Assembly: GCA_002633005.1 (NCBI GenBank) | Contig: NMRA01000300.1 | Location: forward strand, 241,783-305,782 | Direction of reading: 5' to 3' | DNA length: 64,000 nucleotides | Source: Phoronis australis | Lineage: Eukaryota > Animalia > Phoronida | Part shown: piece after piece, positions 1-11,898 of the stretch | Layout: each line of letters starts with the position of its first letter | Numbering within the stretch: position 1 is the first letter of the stretch | The notes under the pieces: generated by a model | Seen by the model: only the letters and a program-made list of their open reading frames with translations | Databases searched by the model: none | What the model was told of the DNA's origin: nothing | Position numbers and translations under genes: made by a program

Positions 1-99
1 CGTGTTTTTTTTTTTTTTTTTTTTCTTTTCTTTTTCTTTGCCTTTTTTTCTTGGATAATACTTCAGGAATCAAGGAAAATGCTTGATTTTTAGAGGAAA

Positions 100-224
100 A
101 AACAGAAAAATTTTCCTGGACCTCCCCCCATGCGGTGCCATGCGCATCTAATTGTGCTTTGCACAAATGTTTTCAGACAACATGTTGGCCCCCCCCCCCT
201 TGTGATATCCTAGATCCGCCACTG
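100..224. mobile_element. Right end of a MITE-like non-autonomous DNA transposon (terminus ...GATCCGCCACTG); left boundary uncertain
   Basis: Ends TAGATCCGCCACTG at 211-224 after a poly-C run; the same terminus occurs in the elements at 11736-11898 and 36769-36937. Confidence 0.5.
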
Positions 225-3200
225 GTTTTGACAAACTATAGAGAGGTCAATTTGATATTGAACGTGAATTGGACAAACATTGGCTTAGCCTCAAACATTT
301 CAACTAAGTGGGTACAAAACTGTTTAATAAATATTTCAAAATATGAGTCGACACTTTATATTCCGATTCGTTTTCAGCATTCGGAACACTTCGGGTGTTT
401 CCGTAGTCTCAAATTATCCCCAAAGGCTCGGAGGTGTTTCATACCTGTATATGCGCGAACTTAAATCACAACAACAATGAGTATTTGGTTAAAAAAAAAA
501 AAAACAGTTAAGAATCATGGCTTCAGCTTAGCAATTCTTAAGAGTCACAGATAACGTCATTCTCAATTCTCTTTTTCTCAACTCTCGTTAACTGTTAACT
601 CCACTGAGCCGGGTAACGTGGCGCATTCGTCTGCATGGGAACGTGTTCGGTGGCGCGTCGGCATTCTCCATTTAGTGTGTCTCGCATCCAGCTTTTGTTA
701 GAATTGGAATCTGGTGAACATTTCGAAAAAAAGGTCATGTGGCCAGATTTATACCATAGACTAGCTCCCATCTGATTTTTTAAGGTTTCCAACATTTCAT
801 AATGTTTAATAAAAGCAAGATAAAACAATTCTATGAAATTAGTGAGCAGCAATTGAAACAACATACTTGTCGGAATTCGAAGAATTCCGCCAAGTAATAA
901 TTGTCGTGGAAAAATTACAGAAGACGAGAGAAATAAGAGACAATCTGACATGTTGAAAATAATACGCAAACGAATGAGTTAAGATTCTGAATCAAGTACG
1001 CGTAAGTAGATAATACGTAGCCATATGCTTACCTTTAAGTTAGATGGTTTCATTTCTACGAGATGCAGAGCTGACTACCTCCCCGGGCGACTCTTTTATT
1101 CTCTACTGACCCATCCTTGCTGGCCATGTGGTGTCCTTTACGCTCACTATGTCATTGCGATCAATTTGTCATAACGCGAGTTTTTGCCCTTCGAGTTTAG
1201 TAAAGGAAAATCTGACCCTAGCGTTAGCCAGATGTAGTGACGTGGCATATACGTGTCTTTGATCTGCCAGAATTGTTTTGTCTGCCATTCGCAAGGTCTG
1301 AAATCTTTCACCAAATAAAAAAGCCGATTTTCAGCGTCGACAACTTAACTGACAAGTAGAATACTGTATATTACGCTGATACTTCAACTGGTTGTGTCAC
1401 GTGGATTTGGTTTGGAAGTAAGTATGACCAGATTTTAAATGAAATGTTTGCAGTCACAAGTTCAATAGGTTCTTGAGCGTGAAAAGCACGGAATGGTTTG
1501 TTGTTTAGTGACAGTCATGTTTCAGCTCAACGTATGGACACATTTACTGCAAAGGGGTTAGGCAATAAACGACCAGTTTGATTGACAGAAACAGAAAGGC
1601 ATGCCTTGTTTTGTATACTAAAAGCTGGGCTCCTATCATCGTTACAATTACTCTATAATAAATGCCGTGAGAACATCCCTGTGCCGCCCTTACAATGATT
1701 TCTACATGAGCTAAACTAAGAGAACTGTTATCTTTTACCAGACCGTTTCAGGGCTCACACGAAGTGTTACCATAAATGAAGAAAACCTCGCGTAGTTACG
1801 TTTCCAAACAGAAACTCACACGAACATCTATCATGCAAAACCGCTAAAGCAGACAGAATGAAACTGATTTCCGATTATAATCATACTTAAATAATTGCCT
1901 ACAATTAAATAAGTTGTCTAAATAGCACCAGGCAAGACCATGAATCCCTGGTTACACCTCGGTATATCCGAATGTGCAGGACGCCTGCGCGCGTGCTAAT
2001 TGGCCATTTTGAATTACCGAACAAAATTCTCTTGTGCGGCCAAAAATCAATCAAACGAATTTATCGTAAACTTAACAACCAAATGTCACTGTGTCACCAA
2101 TTGAATATCAATACCATTAAGAATGAACGGTGAACCGTCTCTGTTTAGAGATAAACAAACCATTCTCACGGAATTGATCAGAACGCCATTGAACCCAGTG
2201 GTCCGTTAGAAATTAATTAATTAGGTATCGATTGTTTCTCTTTTCGATTCACATTAACTGATTGATAGGTTTGGTAATCATTTCACCGACTTTCTCAGCA
2301 GATTGCTCACGTGAGTAGCATAGCTCAGTGGAACGCATTTGTTTAAATTTAACCCAAGGTAAGTGCGGCAGTTGGCTAGAAATTTTTGCACACTGAGTCT
2401 TTCGTTGGCACTAAGCAAATACAAAGGTTTCGTATAGGTGGTGCTAAGCGCACATGACTTTTATGGATAATTAATGTGGCTTTTTTAACCCTGTCATCCA
2501 GACGATTAGTAGCTGTTTCCCTCAAGATAGTTGATTTTATTTACTAGCTTTTGCTTGCACTCGTAACTATGAAAGCGTAATTCCAGAAAACAAAAGCAAA
2601 TTATAAATAAGATACTATTTAAATTTTCAGCACGCCTGTATGACTGTTCTTACCGTAGACGGAAGCTCTGACTTGGAAATTAAAACATCTGTTTCGTTGG
2701 TTATTTCAGCCTATCTGAGTTTCAGCTGATAAAAGAAACCGGATGAAAAGTTTAATTGCCATTTTGGAAATGTAGGGTAAAATACCAGTCTGGGTTCCGT
2801 AGACTTTCGCTTGATTAAGTGCTTCTAATGGACTTGGGTGACTTAGCGTTTAGCCAGTGACGGTCTTGTGTCTACGGAACACTGTCGTAGCATGCACGTT
2901 ACGCGGATTGATTGTTTTTCGAACAAGGAAAATGAATAGCGCTATAATAGCGCACGTAGCGTTGAAACGTCTTTGTAGACGAAGAACAGCGCAAGCCGTG
3001 ATTTAAAGTGGCATTTCGTCGCGAATACTCACCAGCAAAACAAAAATTCTAAACCAACTGCAGTGAACACACGATAAGTGTCGAATCTTTCCTAACCATG
3101 ACAGTCTACATGTTTTACTCCAGATCATCTCTCAACAATAGACGAGTGTCACAATATAACGAAACTTAAGTGTCGGGCCAATCTTGCGAACGAAAATTTG

Positions 3201-5691
3201 AACGCTTTATATCGACGTTTTTTCCGAATTTCTGTACTTAAACTTCGAATTGGCAAGAAATTCTCTTGGCGACTTCAAAGACAAATTAGTGTTTAAGTGT
3301 ATGTCCGCGTAATGCCAATTTCAAAACTGTCATTGTGCGGAGGTACCTCCATGATGCTGTTGACAGGCCCTTGAAAGCGCCGGGACAACTCTACAATTGT
3401 GGCGACGAGGTGTGTAGCATTGTGACGGCAGACATTTCATATCTTAGGAGACCTAAGAAACCTTTTAAATCTCTTAATCCGGCACTGCGGAGAGAGGAAC
3501 AAATATGTGCCGTTATTCGAGAAACTCGAACAAATACTGCCGTGAATCACCGATGGCCGGAGAGTTACAAATATCTGTAGCAGACCATGAAACTGGAGAT
3601 ACAGTATGGTTGTGAATCATGAAATCGGCAATTCTACGTGCGTGAACCGATACCGCAACCGCCTCGCCTACATAACCCCTTCTTAATAATGAGGATTATG
3701 CTATTTGTGTGTGAATTTAAAAGTGCTACGACAACACCAGTATGTAGCAGGAGTAAGAGCGAAGCAACACTGACAGTAATAAACAAAAAATAATAGTGTT
3801 CTGCGGCCGACTCATTTTGAACCTGTGTATGTGACCGTGCAATAATAGAGAAAAAGTGTTTGATGCTTTTCACCCTACATTTATCCTGGACCCCAAATTA
3901 TTCTTGAACAGTGAAGCTTTATGTCTCATGTTTTCTAATGAAAGTACCATACGTTCTTTAGCTAAATATCTCCGGGATGCTTTTTCAATCCGGAAATTAT
4001 ATTTGCACTCTATTGTTTGGTAACTCCAGTTGCGGTTATTTGAGTGGCAAACCTCATAGTTCCTTTCATATTCGTCCATGTTTCTTTCGATTTCGTGATT
4101 AATTAATTATTATGTAATCGCTGCAATAATGTACACACACAGATTTTTCCATATTCTTTCATGTTGTCATAAATCAATTTGTTTAATTGTTACAGTATCG
4201 TAAACCTCGTCGAAGCACAATACTTAAAAAAAGATTCATTCATTCATTCATTCATAGCTACATGTATAACATCACGTGACGCTGTGGAAATTATTGAAAG
4301 ATTCATTTCAGCTGTCATCGTGTGACATTAGAGTTAACACAATATGCTTTCCCAACCATTGCTCAAACAGCTGACTTAAGTTTTCTTTTTGATGGTAATG
4401 TTCTGCACATCATCGCATCATTTTAAAAATGTTTACACAAGACAAACTATTTTCTATCATCTATCCACCTTTACGATAGTTTACTAAATACGCTGCCTTT
4501 CGCTTCAATTTATTCAGAATATTGTTAGGCTGCGCACCAACCATTGAACACCCTGCTTGTAAGAACAGCGATGTTTGTGTCCTCCTTGGTACATTGCAAT
4601 GAATTTCATTGAGCTCTAACATAAAACAGAATTGAAATCAACCTGTAGTGCGTGAACTCAAACGAGTGAATAAAATCGCCTCTTTCTAATCGCTAAAATT
4701 GATCGCATTGCCTGCCGGGTCTAACTCAACAGCGGTGAGTGTGCATGTACATAGTCTCACCCTTCAGGAGCTTACGGCGCTGGTTTCGCATTGTGGCTCG
4801 GTTATATTTATCGTCAACTCACATCAGGCAGTGATGGTACTTTAATAAGTATTCGTTAAACAGGCCCTAGACAAGTGGGTATTTTTACAACGGGGATTTT
4901 ACCGCAGTGGACCAGGATCGTGTGATTTACATTGGAGGGTCTATAAAGAGCTGGCTCAGTTTGGTGGCGACCCGGGGGTGACGACTGTCTTTGCCAGTAT
5001 GGGTAGGTTCTAGTCAGATAACCTCCGACTGTCTGATTTCAATTGTTAAAAGTACCAAAAATGTGTTGACATGAGTGTGTCTAAGCTAATCAGTCCTGCG
5101 CGTCAGGTTCCGTCATAACTTATGAGGTGTTCGAATCCCCCCTGTACTGACTGGATCCACCCGAGCACTTGGATGTTTTAAATGTAGTTTTGGCTGGGAA
5201 AATTAGCGTAGTAGGCCTACGTTCAAAGCGAAAGTTCGTCACGAAACGCCAGATCTTTAGGTGTGCACTATTACGAATTAGACTGCTGTCCGCTATTACA
5301 ACTAAGGAGATCAAAAAGTACTTATTAAATTGTAAGTGTTTTCCGTCAAGGATTTAAAATCGGATAGATTGCACCTGCTTTGGCACAGTTTACCGAACAC
5401 GCTGAGAAATAGTAAGTGAGAAAATCTCGGCTTTCTCAATTTACTCATCGGCGCAGTTGTACACTGTTCTCTCCACATTACACACGTAAGTTATGTCTAT
5501 ACCGATATTTCGCCTTGATTTTCCGAAATAACGGGGAAGATAAGCAACAAGTCTGCAATGGGGCAAGTGTAATGTTACATTCATTGCGGCCGAACGTCTG
5601 CAAAGTACTGTGCTTCAGTAACGAGAGCATGGCGTATCTGTCGGATTTTTATGAGGAAGCAATTTCCCTTGGCATGAGACTGGAGTTACGT

Positions 5692-5810
5692 CCCTCTACC
5701 TACACGTGTTGAGTGTTCAGTAATTAGTCTTCACTACATGCTCTCTGTTGTGGCGACCCTCCACCTACACGTGTTGAGTGTTGAGTAATAAATATTCACT
5801 ACATGTTCTC
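5692..5810. repeat. Two-copy direct repeat, 65-nt period
   Basis: TACACGTGTTGAGTGTT..GTAAT....TTCACTACATG.TCTC starts at 5701 and again at 5766. Confidence 0.7.
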
Positions 5811-8800
5811 ATCGGTGATGTTTGCTATAGTCTTGACATCGACAGGAACGTTTGACTCCCCGTACGCGCCCCTAAATATTCCTGCTACGAGTTCCTCAAC
5901 TCCATTCCAACCAGGACAAATCCCCGGATCAGCAACCCTTAACTCCTCACTCGCATAGCCTACCGCTCCACACCAAGGATTTTGTAGTTACCTAAGATGT
6001 CTGACTTATGAACTAAATATGTCACAGCGTTACAAGTGGCTCAAATACAGCATAATGACATGGATGACTGTAATGCCAGTGTGTCCTCTGGTGCTTACAA
6101 AATACTTTGTTTCAAAATTCAGTGTTTTCCTCAAGTAATTTATAAATTATAATTCCTCAAACTTGATTTTATGTCTAGAAATCTTGTTTTTATCCAAGGT
6201 AATTACAATCTTCACCACAGGCTCAGGCCTGGCTTGAGGATCTCCGAATACAACTTGAGCTCCACCCAATAGGTGACGCTGTTCCAAATGTGCGACTAGA
6301 CAAATTACACTAGGACGGCCATCTCAGGATATGGTATCTTTGTCCACACACAGCGACTAAACTTCATTCCACAGAATCAGATTCCATCACATGGGCGGCG
6401 CAGCACTGAGAAAGTGAGGGGCTATAGCCCCCTCAGCCCCCCTATGGTGCGTCGGCCATCATGGCCACACCTCTAATCAGCAGCTGAACAAAAGATTGCT
6501 TCCATCCACTGAAAAATTCTTTTTGAAGATACCTGTTCAGTGCCCGGGGGTGGGGTGTTCTACCATAGACGGTGAGCACACCCTGTATACATGACACACA
6601 ATTCAGAAGTTCAGAAGAGTGATTTTTTCACGACCAATTGCCCTTCGAAAAGGCGTTTTGCTGGCAAAATTCCCTTCTAAAGAGTTTCATACCAGATTCC
6701 TTATCCATCGATTTATTCTCATAGACCTGTACTCGGAAAATTTCCGAGTAATGACCCAAGGCCCACAATTTAAAGTTTAAAGTGTCCCTAAAGTGAGCAG
6801 GTGTCAGGCGAACAAAAATAAAGCTTTACTAAAAACAATATCGTTTTATTTCCGCATTTTTGCTCATTTAATTTACCTAACCGTTCAATTTATACCTTTC
6901 TAAACTAAAGACGGCACATATCGCTCACCATTCCGTGGTGACGTCGTTGGCACATTATTTTTCGGTTTATAGCTCCTACCTATTTTGAAGTACATGTACA
7001 TCCCGGGAGTCGAAAATTTCAGGTCTTTCCGAAATGCTTCCGTTGGGGCCTATTATCAGAAATTGCACATATATTTCATGTAATACCCCCGTACAAAATG
7101 CTACGATATTGACTTTAAATTTAATGCTTGCTAAAGGAGAATTGTGGGATAACTTCATCAAAGAGAGTGTGGCTCAAATATCGAGTAATTGACCATCAAA
7201 CATAACTGAACGGGAAATTCAGTGGCATTCATATGCATTTTTATCGACAATATTCGAGTCAAATTTGTCAGATATGTTCTAGTATTAATGCTCGATAGTA
7301 GCCAAACTAAGTTTGTTTTATTCCGACAGAAAGTTGACGTCTTTTGTCGCCTGATTTGTTTTAAATTTTGACAATTGATTCTTTTGCGCTTCCGGTCTTA
7401 ATAAATATTTTTAAATTATGCGATACATGTATTAAAAACAATCGGAACAAAACTCATATGGGCAGTGAATATTCATGGCATCCACACTTAACCTAAAAAT
7501 GCAATCTGGGCGTTTCCTGGGTGTGCTCTAAACATTATGAAAACAAAACATCTACAATCATTGCTTGCGACCCCTATTGAGTGGCTCTCTCACCAATCTG
7601 AAGGTGGCCTCCTATTTTCATACATAATTAGTCCATTCTTATTGGCGATTGCTGAACACTGTATACACGTTCCTTTTGTCAGATAAATGACCATGCGTGT
7701 GCTAGATTATCCACATCCAAACAAACACGAGGGGTTGCTTCATTGTTTGAAAGATTTACTTCGACCATGGGTCTCATAAATAATAACAAAATATTGTAGG
7801 AACACAAATTAGCGTCATTTTATTAAACAAACACCGTTGACATTTCCAACAACAAGAGTTAAGACATCTTATAATGTCTCCTTGTTTGTTCAGAAAACGT
7901 CTTAACCTGTCCAAGTGATTTTGGACTGTTTGCTCCACATACATGTAGTACGAAGCATGGACTTGTTTCCATCCCTCACCGTGAGTCTTTCGAACAGCAG
8001 CACGGGTCTTCTAGTTGACATGTGAAATAAAACCGTGGGCCTCAGGGCACGTTCGCCATACCAGTTATGCTTCAAATCTAACCAGTTGTAACTTTTTGCG
8101 TGTTTACTTCACACGCGAAACACTTTTGGGAGGACAGAGTTGTCTTTCCTGTGGGATATGGCTTTTCGACGACACGACGACACGACGACATCGATCACTC
8201 TCGGTCCTCGCCAACAGTGCTCCTGTCGGCGTTTAATTTAAAAGTCGATACATAAGCAATGGAACGAATTTTGTTGAAAAATTCATTAATAGCAATAACA
8301 CGAATGGAACAGAAGCATTTTGAGAAAATATAATGCACGTTGATGTGCTTGAGTACATATCGTCGGTCAATGCAGAACGTATACAGCTGTAGTGATAACG
8401 GGAATACATACATGTACTATATCCCGCATGTGGACGAGGTTAACTTTAAGGAAACGAGTTTTGCTCAAAAGTAAACAATTATTGACAGACCTATGTGCCT
8501 TATTTTGCACAATATGGAATTATCTTAATTACTTCCGTAATTTCCAAACTTGATCAGTATCAGATAAAATAAGCTTCACTCTAGGGTTCCCTTCGTAACA
8601 AAGTGTTAACCAATTAAAGTATGCTTCGCATTAGTGCACCTTAGTGTTCGCGCTATCTACGAGGTTGCCCTGTTTAACGAATCGCAACGGACGGTCACAC
8701 CTAGTTATGTGACACTGACTGCCTGGGTCATTATGTTAGGCACTTTTGCGTGTGGGTTTGATCTTCTAAAGTCTGGCGAATATTTTCACTGATAGAATTC

Positions 8801-9271
8801 AACCTTTTTCTTCTTACGCGTAATATGTTCCCAGCAATTCACTGGTCTTTGTGTCAGCCAGAAGAGAAATCAACATATTTGTTTGTTTGTTTTTTAGTAA
8901 ATGATTTTGACAAAGTTGTACTTGTGTTTTGTAGTTTGCACGTCATTAATGAACAGGCAATGACTCGCAAACGGCGAAAATATTGACGTGAAGTTATTAC
9001 TCAGATGCTCTCTTGATGACTGGAGAATTGGGTTTGTTTGACTGACTGCAAAATCACCACTCGAAGTCGAATAAGTGATGTTGTGTTTGATTTCAGATAA
9101 GGACACTCGTGAAAAAGGAAGAGTCCCAACTCAGCGTGCAAAGGAGTGATACATCGATTGTGAAACCAATGTACAGGCATAAAACTGTGCTTCGTTGTCG
9201 CTTGTAGTCCACCATATCGTCAACATGTTGTTTTGCTGAGGACTATGCGCTGTGCGCACTGTACAGTTTAG

Positions 9272-10693
9272 ATGGCCGAGCCCACAGCAATGATGTTAAG
9301 TTCTGAGCCGGAGTCTTTTTCTGTGCCAGAATCGAGCAGTGAGCCTGAATGGTACACAACATTTGAGCCAATGAGTGAACCAGAAATATACTCAACTGGT
9401 GAACCTGTCTCGGAGCCAGAATTATTTTCATCCGCGGAGCCGTTGTCGGAACAAGGCACATGGGCTGCGGAACCCGAGTTCTTTTCATCTGCTGAACCCG
9501 AACATTTCTCATCTGCAGAACCAGAGTATTTCTCATCTGCTGAACCAGAAATGTTCTCGTCCGCCGAGCCAGAGACCTTTCCGTCCTCCGAGCCCGAGTT
9601 TTTCTCATCCGTTGAACCGGAAACTCTTCACCCGGAACCATCAGGAGAACCATCACAGCCAGAACCGGAAATGTTTCCAAAACCGGAACCAGGACAGTCC
9701 TTCGCTGAACCCGTGCCCAACTGGGCGGTGGCTAAACCAATGTATCAGGCCGCCTGGGAGATTCACGTTTACCTTGTAGCTGTTCTATTCGCTTTGTTAG
9801 CTATTGCAGCTGCCGTCAACATCATCCGATTGGTCAGGCGTAAGGATTTGAAATCACGTGGTTATTTCATCTCACTGAATGGCATGATGCTACTCCTGGG
9901 AACGGTGCGCGCCATATTTTTCTTTGTAGACGGCTACAACTCAAACAACCTTTTTCCTCAAGCAGTCGCATATTTCTTCATTAGCATTGCCTTCCCGTGT
10001 CTCACGGCCGCCTTCTACGTCTTGTTTACTGCCCTTCTTAAATCGCTTCGTGTCAAATACATGTCACCAAAGATTTTTAGTCCGGCTGCTCTCATTGGCA
10101 TCATAACGTTTAACTTTACACTTTCGTTGTTGACAGATTTTGTCGTAGGCTACTTTTTTGAAATGCGTTTCCTAATTCTGTTTTGCCAGATAGTCTACGC
10201 TGTGTGGGGAGTTCTTTTCACTGTCTCATACCTCGTTCTTTTTGTGCGCCTTTATCGCGCTACACAAAAACGCAACCGTGACGTCATGAGAATGGACTCC
10301 ATGTATGCTAAATCAGCTGATCTCAATGCTTCCGGGTCGAGCTACACGAGCCAATCATCTCTCACGAGTCAGTCCAGGAGCCAATCTAGTGTTATATTGA
10401 GACTGTCAAAGATGGCATTGAGTGTAAAGATTACGTTGGTCGTTTGCTTATTCTTCGTGTGTATAACCATTTTAAACATTGCAAACATGACGAGCGAAAT
10501 GGGAATAATGACGAATCAAGAGCCGGAACCGTGGTCTTGGTGGATTTATAACTTCGTTTATCGCCTTTGCGAATTTGGTATGGCAGCCACCATTGTCTAC
10601 GTGGGTTATCTCCCCTTCAGGAACCAGGGCAACGAAAGTGTCACTGAACAAAAAGTGGACGAAGCAAAGTACAAGAAGTACTCAGATGTTTAA
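9272..10693 (+). CDS. PRRT3/PRRT4-like (proline-rich transmembrane) multi-pass membrane protein, 473 aa, acidic repeat N-terminus
   Basis: Uninterrupted 473-aa ORF. About 150 aa of E/P/S-rich repeats precede about 7 hydrophobic segments. Motifs AWEIHVY, RAIFFFVDGY, FPCLTAAF and PEPWSWW..NFVYRLCEF recall the PRRT3/4 TM region. Family call is from motif recall, not a search. Confidence 0.8.
   Translation: MAEPTAMMLSSEPESFSVPESSSEPEWYTTFEPMSEPEIYSTGEPVSEPELFSSAEPLSEQGTWAAEPEFFSSAEPEHFSSAEPEYFSSAEPEMFSSAEPETFPSSEPEFFSSVEPETLHPEPSGEPSQPEPEMFPKPEPGQSFAEPVPNWAVAKPMYQAAWEIHVYLVAVLFALLAIAAAVNIIRLVRRKDLKSRGYFISLNGMMLLLGTVRAIFFFVDGYNSNNLFPQAVAYFFISIAFPCLTAAFYVLFTALLKSLRVKYMSPKIFSPAALIGIITFNFTLSLLTDFVVGYFFEMRFLILFCQIVYAVWGVLFTVSYLVLFVRLYRATQKRNRDVMRMDSMYAKSADLNASGSSYTSQSSLTSQSRSQSSVILRLSKMALSVKITLVVCLFFVCITILNIANMTSEMGIMTNQEPEPWSWWIYNFVYRLCEFGMAATIVYVGYLPFRNQGNESVTEQKVDEAKYKKYSDV
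9305..9625 (+). repeat. Coding tandem repeat: four 12-aa units then about seven 8-aa EPE(x)FSSA units
   Basis: EPESFSVPESSS, EPEWYTTFEPMS, EPEIYSTGEPVS, EPELFSSAEPLS, then EPEFFSSA, EPEHFSSA, EPEYFSSA, EPEMFSSA, EPETFPSS, EPEFFSSV, EPET. Confidence 0.9.
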
Positions 10694-11735
10694 CAGTCTA
10701 AATCACTTGCTTTGCGTTTATTTAAGGGTAAAGGCAATGTAAATTTGTCCAAGGATTGTCTCAGTTCTTCAAATTGGAATTACTACAAAGACGAAAACGC
10801 TCAGTGTGAGACCAGTTTGTCAGTATCTTCAGTAGTATCGGAAATGGTGGTGCGATAATTTACAAAGTCGCAAGGAGCTCGCAAACAGCAAAGTCACGCG
10901 ATTGAAAGGGCAGTGTTACACGAGTATCATGCTCGGTTCCAGTGCAAAATGGCGGCCACTGAGATGATTTGTGGGTGAGATTGGAATGTTGAATTATGAG
11001 ATAAAATTCATAGTTCACGTTCCATTATCGTAGATTTATCACCATAAGTGCTTCGCATATACATATATCTTGGGACTGTGCCGGGGGCAGCGCTAGTGTG
11101 TCTTCTGTAGACCTGAGGATCTCGCCAGACTGACTCAAGATCACGCAAGACCAGACAAAATCACGCGAGTGAAAAGTGCCGCCGGAGTGTTTCCCGAGCA
11201 CGTGTGCTCGAGATCTAGAAAAATGGCGGCCACTGAAGTGAGTGTCGGTGAGCATGGTTGTCGATTTACGCCACGGTATGCACGAATTATCATGAAATAG
11301 CATTCTGTCTCTCGGTTCCATAAGCCGAGATCTCGTTACGAGTGCGTGACTAATGTCTGGCTCTACGGAACGCATCGTCTTTCGACCGCTGTGGTTATGA
11401 GGTGTAACAGCTCCGATCGTAATCTAGGCGTTTAAACAGCGGGTGGGTTGTCTGGTCGGAATGTAATTTTGATTCTAATGTATTCGATTCGGAATTAATG
11501 CTTACATAAAAAGCAGACAATCTTGCAGTCTACGGTAACAGTGGCCTAGCATGTACGGAGAGTCTGACTGACACCCGCCGTCGCCAAGATTTTATTGATT
11601 TTAGCGACATCTGTTGACAAAGTAATGTCGCGAAATTATTTCATCTCCGAAGGACAACCCGGTTATAATAAGTCTCACTAATTTATTTTTAATTAATTAT
11701 TTGTAAATACCTAAGTAAAGAGTACAGCACGCATG

Positions 11736-11898
11736 CATAGGCAGTTCCAGGGGGAGATCATCGGGCCCGACCCCCCCCCCTCATTGATTTTAGTGATATC
11801 AAATCTAGAATTTTCAAATTGTTGACTTAGACCCCTTTTTAAAAAACATCCTTGATCTGACCCTCGCCCCCTTTGAATAAATCTTGGATCCGCCCCTG
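11736..11898. mobile_element. MITE-like element with degenerate TIRs and 5-bp TSD (GCATG)
   Basis: Left end CATAGGCAGTTCCAGG, right end CTTGGATCCGCCCCTG; GCATG at 11731-11735 and 11899-11903. Confidence 0.6.

Noticed and set aside
135-969. ORFs 135-464 (+) and 595-969 (-)
   Set aside because: Non-ATG starts, no recognisable domain; the first overlaps a MITE end.
6390-6460. Short GC-rich segment with palindrome GGGGCTATAGCCCC and possible inverted ends
   Set aside because: Probably a MITE remnant, but TIRs are too degenerate and no clear TSD.
9243-9779. ORFs 9243-9680 (-), 9268-9459 (-) and 9375-9779 (+)
   Set aside because: Shadow frames of the repetitive PRRT-like coding sequence.
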